The notes beneath the pieces are model-generated. The model searched no databases. It was not told the origin of the DNA and was given only the letters and a program-made list of their open reading frames with translations. A stretch of 64,000 nt of DNA from Octopus vulgaris (taxonomy: Eukaryota): contig OX597822.1 of the NCBI GenBank assembly GCA_951406725.2, forward strand, positions 29,636,001 to 29,700,000, written 5' to 3'. This document shows positions 40,839-54,684 of this stretch, piece after piece (the stretch's first letter is position 1; the number at the start of each line of letters is the position of its first letter). The translations under genes and the position numbers were made by a program.

Positions 40839-41134
40839 TACATATACAAATATGTGTGTTTGTGTATGTATGTATGTACGTATGATGCATATATATACAC
40901 ATATATATGTAGGCATAATACATACACACACAAACAAATACACACATGCATAAACACACATATATACATACATGTATACACACACACACACGTAAACAGT
41001 CATTGTTTTGGATCATGACTGCCCGACGGTAATGCTTGCCACCATACTGGTATCATGCTTTGTCGGATATACTCTTTCAATGTGAAACAATGGAGACCTG
41101 GAGTAGTAGACTTACATCGATGGACAATCGCTCG

Positions 41135-41175
<41 letters not shown>

Positions 41176-41343
41176 GTTTAACGTCCGCTTTCCATGCTAG
41201 CATGGGTTGGACGATTTGACTGACGTCTGGCGAACCAGATGACTGCACCAGACTCCAATCTGGTTCGCCAGTCGTCAGTCAAATCGCCCAGCCAATACTA
41301 GCATGGAAAGCGAACGTTAAAAGATGATGATGATGATGATGAA
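41135..41343. repeat. Foldback palindrome of a retroelement-like 3' end with (CAT)n/(ATG)n outer ends
   Basis: tttaacgtccgctttccatgctagc...tggcgaaccagat | atctggttcgcca...ctagcatggaaagcgaacgttaaa. Confidence 0.9.
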
Positions 41344-42075
41344 GCTCGTATTTGATAAAAAAAACACTTTGCTCAAGACTGCGTTTTGTAGAGGAACTTT
41401 GATTTTTTTTATACTCAGGCCATTAAGATCAGAGAAGACAGATCTTTGATCTGCACGTGCATGCATACACATCTGCATACAGATATTGGTGCTTGCATGC
41501 ATAAACATAAACAGACACAAACGTATGTGCGTATACATATAAGTGCATGTGTGTGCACATCTGCTCAAACACATATATAATATCAAACAATTACAAAGAT
41601 GGGACAAATTAAATGTTTGCGTGTTTATTAATGATAATATAAAAGAAACAAAAACAGGAAAAAATATTAATTAATAAGCTAGTATTGTACAAAAATAGAG
41701 TTCTGTATATTGAACATAACGTGAGCACTGAATAAGTAAGCTATAGAATATATGTTGGAGCGAAAGAGAAACATTATAATCATACAATTTTTTAATATTT
41801 CGATTTTGCCTTATATGAAAAATCATTTGAAAATCTCCCGACGATTAACGTTATCGTAGATGATTGTTTTCTTTTTGTGATATGAGGTTGTAAATGATCT
41901 TCTAAGTGTTTTAATATAATAAAATGAAAACAATGACCATGAAAGCTTTCTATATGCGTTATATATATATATTCTTAAACACATGAAAAATCTACAAACA
42001 TCATGAGTCTCAGCTCTCTCTTTCTCTCTATATATATATAAATAAACATATATACATATATATATATACATATAA

Positions 42076-42122
<47 letters not shown>

Positions 42123-42337
42123 AATAAATATATATATATAGATATTTATAAACAAATAAATATATATATTTATATATATATATAAATAAATAAATATATA
42201 TATACAAATATAATTAATTTACGAAGGTGTCATTAATTCTATTGTTATCCAATGTAACTATTTAAAAAATGATAATAACAGAATCAATGACACAGGCGAA
42301 AGCAGGCCAAAAATAGCATTAGACAGCCGAGGGATTA

Positions 42338-42561
42338 CAATTAATAAAAGGACATACTAAGTTTGTCTACCTGCTTGAAATAACAGTAAAAAATCTTATT
42401 ATATCGCCCAAAATACACTGATGAAAACTACAGAAATCAAACGATGGCAACTGATTTTGCCTTCGTTTGATTTCTGTAGTTTTCATCAGTGTATTTTTGG
42501 CGATATAATAAGATATTTGATTGTTATTTCAAGCAGGTAGACATACTTAGTATGTCCTTTG

Positions 42562-42570
<9 letters not shown>
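42338..42570. repeat. Foldback palindrome with about 110-bp arms
   Basis: aaaggacatactaag...tacactgatgaaaactacagaaatcaaacga | tcgtttgatttctgtagttttcatcagtgta...cttagtatgtcctttt. Confidence 0.92.
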
Positions 42571-42631
<61 letters not shown>

Positions 42632-42741
42632 TATAAATAAATATATATATACATATATATAAATAAATATATATATACGTATATATAAATAAATATATAT
42701 ATACATATATATAAATACATATATATATACATATATATATA

Positions 42742-42777
<36 letters not shown>

Positions 42778-42783
42778 CATATA

Positions 42784-42827
<44 letters not shown>

Positions 42828-43224
42828 TGCATATATATATACATATATATATATAAATAAATATATATATATACATATATATAAATTAGTATATATATAC
42901 ATATATATACATATATAAGTATATATATAAATAAATATATATACATATGTATACATATATAAGTGTTTATCTATAAATAAATATATATACATATATATCT
43001 ATATATATACATATACATATACACATATAAAAATATGCATATATATACATATATATATATACATATATATATATACATATACATATACAGACATATACAT
43101 ATACACATATAAACATATGCATATATATATACATATATATATATATACATATACATATATATATACATATACATATACATATATATATATACATATACAT
43201 ATATATACATATATATGCATATAC

Positions 43225-43327
<103 letters not shown>

Positions 43328-43514
43328 GATATATATATGTATATACATATATACACATATACACATATACAAATACATATACACCCATATATACATATAC
43401 ATATACATATACACACATATACATATACACACACGTAAATTGCATACATACACACACATACGCACGCACATACATAAACACGCACACACATTCACAAAAA
43501 CACACATATATATA

Positions 43515-44411
43515 CTAGCTAACGTACCCGGCATTTCCCACGAAAGAGGGCTTATCCCTTGGTTCTGTTCTCATAATTGTTTCGCTTATCCAATAACAAC
43601 AATACAAAGTATGTAGCCCTTAAATCGGTTTTGGTGCATGTACAGAGAATACTGAACTGTCTTACACAGGATCTTGTTTTTCGGAATTCTTAATAAGTTT
43701 CGAATACCCAAATTGTGAATTCAGTTGTGTAATGACATGAAATGAATTACCCGATAGTAAGAATTCAAATAAAGTAGCCCCGAAAATGACTTTCATGTGC
43801 TTTCAGAGTATATAGAACTTAGGAAGAAATACTAATAAGGTATGTATACTGGACTCGTGAAGCACGTTACGTAATAACAGGCTAATCAAATATGAGATGA
43901 TAATCCAAAGTAAATAGCTCCGAAAAGAGATTTTGTGTGTTCCCAGAGTATATTACCCTCAGCGGCACCAGTGTTGTTTTATTCATGAATAAGTCACAAA
44001 CCGAAATAAGTGGATCTATTGTTTAAGAAAATACTATTTACTACTTTAAGCGTTGTAATGGATAAATTGCGAAATAACTCTAACAGTTCAAATACTAAGA
44101 AATAAGCATACTCAATTTGATATTTACCATTTGAATTAAGGAAACAAAATGGGTTATTTCCCTTGGCTGTTAAAATCTGGGTGAACGTGTTATTTCCCAT
44201 GACTGTGAAAATGAAATATATTAAACATAAGGATTCTTTCCAGGGATCCTGTTATCCATTTTTTCAACAATCTGAGTATGCCATGTGGTTTCCAGACATA
44301 GGTTCTACTCACGTGTGAAGTAAAATCAAAATCGATAAAACGATGTAGGAGGAATTAGCTAACAACTCCACAAACACACCCACAGATAGAATTTCCTACA
44401 TACGTAGTAGA
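43515..44411 (-). mobile_element. Non-autonomous Helitron
   Basis: On the minus strand: A|TCTACTACG start, degenerate GC hairpin (cgtgggaaatgccgggt) about 10 nt before CTAG|T; no TSD. Confidence 0.75.
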
Positions 44412-45012
44412 TATATATATATATAGACATACATATACATACAAATATACATACACAGAGATATATACACAAATATATATATATACACATATATACTCAC
44501 ACATATATATACACAAATACATATATATATATACATATATATATATATACATATATATACAAATACATATATATTCATACATAGATACATGTGTATATAT
44601 ATATATACATACATATACATACATATATACATACATATATACATATACATATATACATACATATATACATATATATATATACATATATATACATATATAT
44701 ATATACATATATATACATATATACATACATATATACATATACATATATACATACATATATACGTATATATACATATATATACATATATATACATACACAT
44801 ATATACATACATATATACATATATATACATACATATATACATATATATACATACATATATACATACATATATACATATACATACATACATATACATACAT
44901 ATATACATATATATACATATGTATATATATATATAGACATACATATGTATATATATATATATATATATATAACATACATATGTATATATATATATATATA
45001 CATATGTATATA

Positions 45013-45050
<38 letters not shown>

Positions 45051-45102
45051 CATATGTATATATATATATATACATATTCTTCACATATGTATATATATAT
45101 AC

Positions 45103-45139
<37 letters not shown>

Positions 45140-45208
45140 CATATATATATTTATATATATACATATACATATATATACATATACATATATATACTCATAT
45201 GCACATAC

Positions 45209-45251
<43 letters not shown>

Positions 45252-45654
45252 CATTCATATATATATATATGTATATGTATACATATACATGTATGTATGT
45301 GTATCTATGTCTATGTGTGTCTATATATATGTATATATATACACATATATGTAAATGTTTGTATAAATGTGTGCATACATATGTATAATTGTCTACCTTT
45401 ATATATATATATATACATGGATGAAAAGGAATGTATATACATATATTTAAATACTTATATACATACGTATACATACATGCATACATACATAGTAGAGATG
45501 TCACGAAGTATCGACTGGTATATATAAATGCCAACTTTTTTTAGGCCCAAGGAATGCAAATTATATACGATTCATCATGCAGACCGATGGTTAATAATTT
45601 TTTTGAAACTTAAATTGTTCTGTCTTTAAAAAGTTTAAACACACACATATGTAT

Positions 45655-46092
45655 GTATTTCATTATTCAGTTTATTTCAAGATTTCTTGCCAATAGAGAA
45701 AGAATCGGTTTCTAACCAAGATCCAAGTCTCCTTCATTGGAATTTCAACATCAACAACAGGGTATTTTTGTTTGTTCGTATGTATGTATGTGCAGGTTTG
45801 TGTGTTTTATGTATGTATTCTCATGCATATAGTTGCATATCTAGACATGCTCATATATATTTAAATGATAAACTTCTGGAAAGTTTTACAGACTTTTACT
45901 GTTCCAGTGATGGACTGGATCTGTAGTACTCGAGCTAGCTTTATCCTTTCTGGTTTTGAAAAGTCTAATTTCTCAAGATTGGTAATTAGGCAATGTTACA
46001 TATCCCAGGGTCCCAATAATTATAGGTATAAACCTGAACTTGGAATCTGGATAGAGTAACTGCAAATTTCTCAATAGTTCAGCATAGTTGTT
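45655..46092 (-). mobile_element. RLE-type LINE 3' fragment
   Basis: NYAELLRNLQLLYPDSKFRFIPIIIGTLGYV matches the RLE C-terminal Y..L...L......P...G..G pattern; (CATA)n on both sides. Confidence 0.7.
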
Positions 46093-46225
46093 CTATGTAT
46101 GTATGTATGTATGTATGTATGTATGTATGTATGTATGTATGTATGTATGTATTCGCGTTCACCGGTTCACCGGTAAATGTATAAATTTAAGTATTTATAT
46201 ATTATATAAGTATAGACATGCATAC

Positions 46226-46258
<33 letters not shown>

Positions 46259-46326
46259 CGCATACACACACATATATAAATATATACATACATACACACA
46301 TATATATATATACATACACACACACA

Positions 46327-46368
<42 letters not shown>

Positions 46369-46371
46369 CAT

Positions 46372-46414
<43 letters not shown>

Positions 46415-46466
46415 CATATATATATACATACATATATACATACATATATATATATACATACGTATG

Positions 46467-46502
<36 letters not shown>

Positions 46503-46785
46503 GATATACATACATACATATATATACATACATATATACATACATTTATATACATACATACATATATATATACATACATACATATATATACATACATACA
46601 TATATATATATATATACATACATACATATATACATACATATATACATACATATATATACATACATACATATATACATACATACATATATATACATACATA
46701 CATATATACATACATACATATATATACATACATATATACATACATACATATATACATACATATATACATACATACATATATACAT

Positions 46786-46835
<50 letters not shown>

Positions 46836-47238
46836 AATAGTAAAAAGTGAAAACTACAGAAGGCTTGTTTTAAAAGGTTAAAAAATATATATTTGAGTCA
46901 TTATGTCTGAAGAATGTTATAAATTTTTTTCATACAATGACATAGTTTTTGAAGAAATGACCGGTTTCGCGTTCAGCTTTTCAAATTTCTTACATCGTTA
47001 TGTTTACGTTGAGAAGTGTGGAGAAGAGTTCCAGATAAGGGGAGGTAATAAGTGATTTCTTCCGGTGTAAGGGAGATAATCGCTTAATATTTCTTGCCTT
47101 TTTTTGGGAGTGAGTTTCTCTGTATAAGAATGTTGGAATGGTTAAGTTTGGGCTTGTATTTTTCAATGAAGGATGTTTCCTTGTTTAGTCTAATTTGCAG
47201 ATATAGAGTTATATGTACATTTCAAGGCACACACGCAA

Positions 47239-47328
<90 letters not shown>

Positions 47329-48042
47329 GTGTGTGTGTGTGTGTGTGTGTGCATGTATTCACACACATACATAAACACTGAATGCGTTCTTGAAGCACAT
47401 GACAAACGAGAGCAACAAAAATTGAAACAAAAAACAAAGAAACGAAAATAAAAAGAAAAAAACAAAAATATATCCGCACATATCGTTGGATTAAATTATA
47501 TCTTCAATTTGACGAAGTTAATAAAAATAAAGTTAATCATTTTTATCTCGCCGTTATTTTGCGGATCGCGTTAGTGATTGGAGGCAGAAAGTGAAAACAA
47601 AAAGTTTAAAAATATATTTAAAAAATAATATACATATAGAACAGAAATATACAAGAATCAAACATATTGAAAAATTCCTGATATAATTGGCCTGCCTCGA
47701 TTTTGGAATTGGTATTTTACATACTGGAGATGAAATGGTTATCGGCTGCAAATAGAAATCAATAATTATACACATTTATGATATAGCATTGCAAGATACA
47801 TCAGTTATAAAACAAATCTTAAAAGACCGGACGTGAATCGTGGACTATAATTTATTCATTTATTTACGTTGTTTGTTGTTTTGCTTTATACAAGCTTTTT
47901 CAAGTCTCGCCCAAGCAACAGCAAATTAGGTATTTTACTGCGAGTGCTATTACGGTTAGCAATGACGTATGGTGGTGTCTGACAAATTTATAATATTTCA
48001 ATTTTGATAAATTTTTATGAAAATCAGGTATTTTCAATTTGA

Positions 48043-48177
48043 TTATTGTTATTATTATTATTATCATCATCATCATCATTATTATTATCATTATTATTAT
48101 CATTATTATTATTATTATTATTATCATTATCACTATTATCATCATCATTATTATTATTCATTAATATTATTATTATT

Positions 48178-48212
<35 letters not shown>

Positions 48213-48297
48213 TATTATTATTATTATCATTATCACTATTATCATCATCATTATTATTATTCATTAATATTATTATTGTTATTATTATTATTATTAA

Positions 48298-48355
<58 letters not shown>
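48043..48355. repeat. Compound (ATT)/(ATC) microsatellite with a higher-order duplication
   Basis: ttatcattatcactattatcatcatcattattattattcattaatatt occurs twice. Confidence 0.95.
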
Positions 48356-48356
<1 letters not shown>

Positions 48357-48904
48357 TTTTGGACATGTTTTACATGAACAACAAATTTTACGAAATTACG
48401 ATTATAAATCTAGTTTAAAAAATCTGCTACTTACCTAATTTATTACATGATATTCTCGAATAACATTGATATTTAAAAAAAGGCCTGTTTCTTAAGTAAA
48501 AGAGGGGCTGTCTTATATTTCCCTTATATTACTTTATGTACAGTTAAACCCTGCTGTATGCTATGGAAAATCAGTGGAGTTTAAATAACTTACTTGAAAA
48601 GGATGTTAAGGGTAGATGATAAAAAGATGATCTAGTCGTAAAATATTTCCTCACTAAGTCTCCGTCCAACTTGTCCCAACGTGGGAAAACGGAAAACGAA
48701 CATAAAACAAATATACAAACAAGAGTTACTTTATATGCTATTCAATATAAGCTCCTTTATAAATAATTTCCCGCTATTCTTTTATTCTTTCTCTTGTGTT
48801 CGGTCGATTAAATTTAGTTCCAGTACTTATTTTAAATTTGGTATTTGTTTTAGTCATTTTATTTCGCTGAACCTCTAGAAACAATTTTTGGGAACAAAAA
48901 CAAA

Positions 48905-49052
48905 CCATTATTTACATTTGACGGATGTTTGTCCTCATCTTGTTTGTTGTTAACACAACGTTTCGGCTGATATACCCTCCAGCCTCCATCAAGTGTCTTG
49001 GAGAAATTTCGAACCTGGGTTCTCATTCCTAAGGTATTTTTCGATGTTGTTG

Positions 49053-49124
<72 letters not shown>

Positions 49125-49217
49125 TCACTGCCTGGAATCGAACTTGGAATCTTGGGGTTAGTAGCCCACGCTCTTAACCACTACGCCATATACCCGTGTG
49201 CATATGGTGTAGTGGTT
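48905..49217 (-). mobile_element. tRNA-headed SINE-like element with (AAT)n spacer and PLE-type hammerhead tail
   Basis: Head tggcgtagtggttaagagc...gttcgattcc (49195-49121), then (AAT)n, then gacac-TTGATGG-a-ggctg...cagcc-GAAA-cgtt-gtgtt. Confidence 0.75.
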
Positions 49218-50024
49218 GCTAAGCGGTAACAAACAATACAATGATACATGCAAACACACACACACACATACATATGCATACGATAGGTTTGCATATAATT
49301 TCTGTTCTAGCAAACTTACTCACAAGGTGTTTATCGGCTCTTCCCGGGGTTACAGAAGGAATCACTTGCCTAAGGTGGCATGCAGTAGGGCTCAACTTGA
49401 AACCACGTAGTTACGAAGCGGACTTATAAATCTGTCATCCTCCCAACCTAAACACGTTTCTCCCCTATATTCTGTTAAAATACAAGTTCCTTTATACTTA
49501 TATCTTTACATTGCTTATTTTTGTAGGAATATTACAAAAATTGGGATGATATAAACCTTTCAAACCTCACCACACTCATTTGGAAATGAGGGTCAGCCTA
49601 TATTGAAAATCGTTATTATGACATCCTCATTTCTGTGAGTGATAGTTCTCTAAATTGATATTATAAAACACCTTTTTTGCAAGCACAATGTATTGACAAT
49701 TCATATTTAAATTCACCTGAAATGTGATAACGACAAGTCTTTTTTAGGGACAACGCTTATAAGGCTGGTTATTAAATCCGGGTGCGAAATATATAAGCCA
49801 TGAGAAGGAAGATTTCGCTGTTGTAAGTAGCAGTTATACGTAATTAAAAAACTGAGATAGCATTAACAGATTTAGTGAAGCGATCTTTAAAATGCTAAAG
49901 CTAACAAGAAACATGTATTCGGTGACGGAAAGACAATGTTAGTCAGCGATTTATATTATTTCAACTGATTTGGTAAGCATGGGGAACAACTCCACGTATG
50001 TTTCAGTTTTATTACACATCTTCA

Positions 50025-50086
<62 letters not shown>

Positions 50087-50087
<1 letters not shown>

Positions 50088-50971
50088 GTGGTCTGATCAA
50101 TAAATATCCGGACTGTTGCAACAATAACGAAGCTGAAGAACACAGAGTAAAGCCGCTTGGCACAGATTGACCTTAAACTCTGCTGTGCATGAGCATTAAG
50201 TTTTAACGTTCTAGCTCACTTCCGCGGTTTACAGCAGTGCTTGGAAGGAAGGTGTGTAGCGTGTGATCGACGCATTGACCATGACAGAGAAAGTTGAGCA
50301 GAGAATCTGCATCAAATTTTGCCAAAAGCGTGGTAATATCTGTTCAGAGGCCTACGCAAAATTTTCAAAAAGTTTTCATCGTTCTTGACACAATCTAGGA
50401 GATCTTGTGCAACTGAAATCCGAGTGTCTTCTTGGTCAGCTGAAAGCAGTTTTGGCACAAACTTGTCAGACATGCGTCTCATACCCAAATCTTCAGTCAT
50501 AATGGACTGAACTGAATCGTAACTAACCTGCATATCCTCTGATAACTCACGGATGGTGATTCGACGACTTCTCCTTATAACTGCACGCACATATACGATG
50601 TTTTTCTCAGTTCTGCTGGTCGCGGGTCTCCCAGAACGTTCGTTAACATCAACATTTTTGGCCATCTTGGAAACGTCTGATCCACTCGTACACTTGTGTG
50701 CGGCCCATACACTCCTCTCCATACACTTTCTTCAACTTTGTGCAGGCCTCTGAGCAGGTATCACCATGACAACTTTCTCTGTCATGGTCAATGCGACCGA
50801 TCACACGCTACACACACCTTCCTTCTAAGCACTGCTGTAAACAGCGGAAGCTAGAACGTTAAAACTTAGTGCATATGCACAGCAAAGTTCAAGGTCAATC
50901 TGTACCAAGCGGTGTCACTGCGTGCTTTACCTTCGTTACTAAGGCAACAGACCGAATACTTATTGATCAGA

Positions 50972-50975
<4 letters not shown>
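50087..50975. mobile_element. mariner derivative with two 5' ends (long inverted arms)
   Basis: TIR tggtctgatcaataa / ttattgatcagaca. Both arms carry the 5' UTR and MTEKV start; the minus arm extends to KFVPKLL..KNDENFLK. (TA)n on both flanks. Confidence 0.9.
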
Positions 50976-51033
<58 letters not shown>

Positions 51034-54000
51034 TTCACTGTACGTTTCGCAGAAGTTGTGGTGAGAGAAAGACTGAGAACAATAGATGACAAAATATTTG
51101 ATATATCTTATTCAGAGGAATTACTCAGAGATTTAAGCGGTTTGTTAGCTTTCAATGTCAGACTTAAATCCTTCGATGACTCTGGAGAAGGCAACATCAT
51201 ATTGCGCCAATATATAATCCTTGTTTTAATTTCATACGTAAAGACAGGATCTTTAACAGTACATCTCAGTGTACTACAAGATATCTTTAAAGCATTCTCA
51301 CTATATTATATGCAAATAAACTTTACAGACATTTTCGTAGTGATATAAATACTGATTTATTTTGTAATGCGTTTCTTTCTTTTATCAAAAAGTACAGCCA
51401 GTCGTCATTCAGCACCAAATATGGTTTGGTAATAAGTACCATACTTTTGCCGATTGTTTTAGAGACGTATATTACCACGAGTAGGTGTAGACACCACTCG
51501 CCCCATCTTTGACCTAGCGGAACATCCAGGTTAAGCGATTGAAGGTAAAGATAGATAGCTAGATAGAACTGCATTAGCCCTTGGCCGGTAATCATATACA
51601 GCTGAATAGCCTAGAGCAAGGTGAAATAACGTGCCTTGTTCAAGTGAACAACGCACCGAGCAAGCTAGGAATTGAACACGCTACCTTAGGAGCCAGGAAC
51701 CGAACACCCTAATCACTATAAATTAATTTTGTTCCAAAATTGTTCATATCTTCTCTTGAATTAATTAGTTGACTTTGATCCAACCAGGCAAACAATTAAT
51801 TTGAAACTAACCGCTAACGACTAACAGTATTTGAAAGTAAGTTCATGAGTTTCGAAAACAGATATGTCAGAATGATTATTTAAACTGACGATTAAAATAA
51901 TTTGCGTCTCTTTTCATCAAGGGAGGTAATGTTGGTATCTTCCAACGAAATTTAACATAGAATAATAAATGTTTCTAGAATCTATCAAATGCCAGAAGCC
52001 AGATATTAATTACTTATGGATTCATAGAGTAAAACAGAAGAAACATAATTCTTTCTGTAGGGGCAATAGATCCTAATGTGTAACATTCGTGGACTCACAG
52101 ATGATCTAGCACCAATTCTCTATAGTTAAATAAAATGGAGTAGGCATCTTGAATTAAGGGTCTTGTCCATACACAACACAAAATTACCATAGCAACAACA
52201 AACTCCGTAGTCGTGAGTTCACAATTTCACGCAATGAAATGTATTCTCATAAAATGCGTTCTCTTTAAGTAATCGATTCCAAGTTACGGACAGATCTGAG
52301 TTTTTTGATTGAAATGAAAATATATTTTAATTCATGAATAAATATATGCGAACATAGGCATACATACACAACGCCATTTACATGACGATCGACTAGCTAG
52401 AAAGAGCAGCTAACTCCCTTTCAAAGTGCATCTAACATCTTAAATGTGGTAGATGTATTTTGAAATGTGGATAATGTGGTTCTGGATAAACTAGACTTGA
52501 ATAAAAGACAGAATGGTCATGACTGGAACTTCTTTGGTTATAAGTTTGTTTAGTCAGGGCCTGTGTTGGGGTTAAACAATAACTGTACGACGATGAAGGA
52601 GCCTCTATGTAGCCACCTGACCTTATAGAAATAACAGTCAAAATCTCCCTCAGATAATTACCGTCTTAAATAAGGAAGATAATGTAGTCCTAGACATACC
52701 ATTAAAAATGTAGTGGTCACGGCTGGAATGTGGTCACGGCTCGATCAGGAGCGTCCTAGATCTAAACAACAACAACAACAACAACATATATATTTCAAAT
52801 ATATATATGCATGAAATCTAGTAGAATCAGAAGTCTAAATAAATATGTAAACGTATAAATTAAAGCACAATTCTGAAAATAACAGCCATTAATCGCCTCC
52901 AGTTCACCATGTAACCGCAATTAAGTTGTGCAAAATAGAAGCATTGAAATAATTATAAACAGAAATATGAATGAGATATTGCAAGTGAGAGGTGCCAACC
53001 ATTTCCACAAAGCAGTTTATTAATTCTATAAAAGGATACTGATTTCCTTCCATAAGCATTCGGAGTGGGCAGGGAAAGGGCCGTTTAGTTTTCTAATCAT
53101 ACTAATATATATGGTTAATAAGTCCCGATGGATTAAGTTCCAACAATGCCAAGCAGTGTTCTCTTGAGTTAGCCCAATCTATTGTAAATCATGATAGTGT
53201 TTACCATTTTCAAAATATCATATGTAATGATGACAGTCTTAAGTTCTAATCTCTTTGTTTATCTCCCTTCCTTGGAGACTGCCTGTTTGTTTTCTATAAA
53301 TTTACTTTAAACTTGCAATCTTGTATCATACACCATCGATCATTCACCCATTCATTGAGAATTTCAGGTTTGGCAATGTCGCAACCTTTAAAATAAGAAA
53401 ACCTTTCAACGGTGATAAAGAACCTTTTATCCAAAGAAGTTGTTCACCAATGATTAGATCCAGCTATCTTTCGTCTCCCGGATCAAATATTTTGTTAACA
53501 TATCACTCCATTAAAGTGTGTACAAAACCAAAATTTTCAACATAAAATTTGAAGTAAAATAAACATCTTAAAAAATAATGATGTTAGAAAAGATAAAAAA
53601 TAACAACTAAGGATTAGTTCTGAGAGTGGAAGTATTATTTTGTAAGCAAAAAAGAAAGCAAATTCTTGGTCTAATATATTTTTTGGTAGCATATCATGCT
53701 TTATGCTTTGCAAAACGTGACGCAGAAAGAAATCCCAAAAGCATTAAGTGTTCAGAAACAAAGCATGAATGTGTATAGCAGATAGAGGTTAGCATGCTAA
53801 TCAGAATCTTAAGGCACAGGACAGACCGCAGTCTAAAGAAAGGATTTTGTTACAGAAAATATTGGGTACTTTGGTGAATTTCATGCAACATTGTCTCAAG
53901 ATTTTTATGTTTGTGGGTATAGTTTACATAAATCAAATAAGTAGAGATAACAGACTAATGCACCACACATTAGCACATGCAGACTAGCACACCAATTTAA

Positions 54001-54684
54001 GCGACAAGAACAGAACACATTCCTAGTTTCTAAATTTATTCCACACATTTTGCACTAATTTTAACCATATGGTATCACTATTATTGATTTGACTTAGTCT
54101 TGTTCTTATTCCTTGTAGGATTCATGAGGGTATCGGGTTACTGGCTGTAACATTAGGTATCCCTAAACTTTCAATAGTCTTTCAAGTGCTTAAACCCTTC
54201 TGATAATTTTTCCTGTCCCCGAGAGGCAAACTTTCTGTAGAAGCTCTGCAGAACATTTTATTCCAATCTCCTTCAACCATTTATATAAATTGCAAGAATC
54301 TGGGCGATGGCACCCATTGGCTCTGTGCCCCCCACAAAACGGAGATAAACGTTAAAGAAAAATTTCTGCAGCGTCTTCGGTGTTTAAAAAGCTGGTGACT
54401 TCTATTAGAAATAAAGCCTCTAATCCAAGTACAATTCTTTCAGCCTTTTGCTTGTTTTAGTCATTGGACTTCTGGAGCACCACATTGAAACTTACTGGCC
54501 TTACTGGGGCACCACATTGAAACTTGTAGTCAATCAAATCGACAGTTTCATTTGCTGAACCGCTAGGTCACGAGGACGTAGACAAACCAACGCCAGTTGT
54601 TAGGCGTTGGGGTGACAAACACTAAGACACGCGCACATACATACATACATACATAAATGAAAAATGTATAATAAATATACAAAC

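Noticed and set aside
52850-53560. Possible decayed coding relic (also 23600-24300 and 39240-39390, faintly PLE-like)
   Set aside because: The motifs are too degraded to assign by eye.
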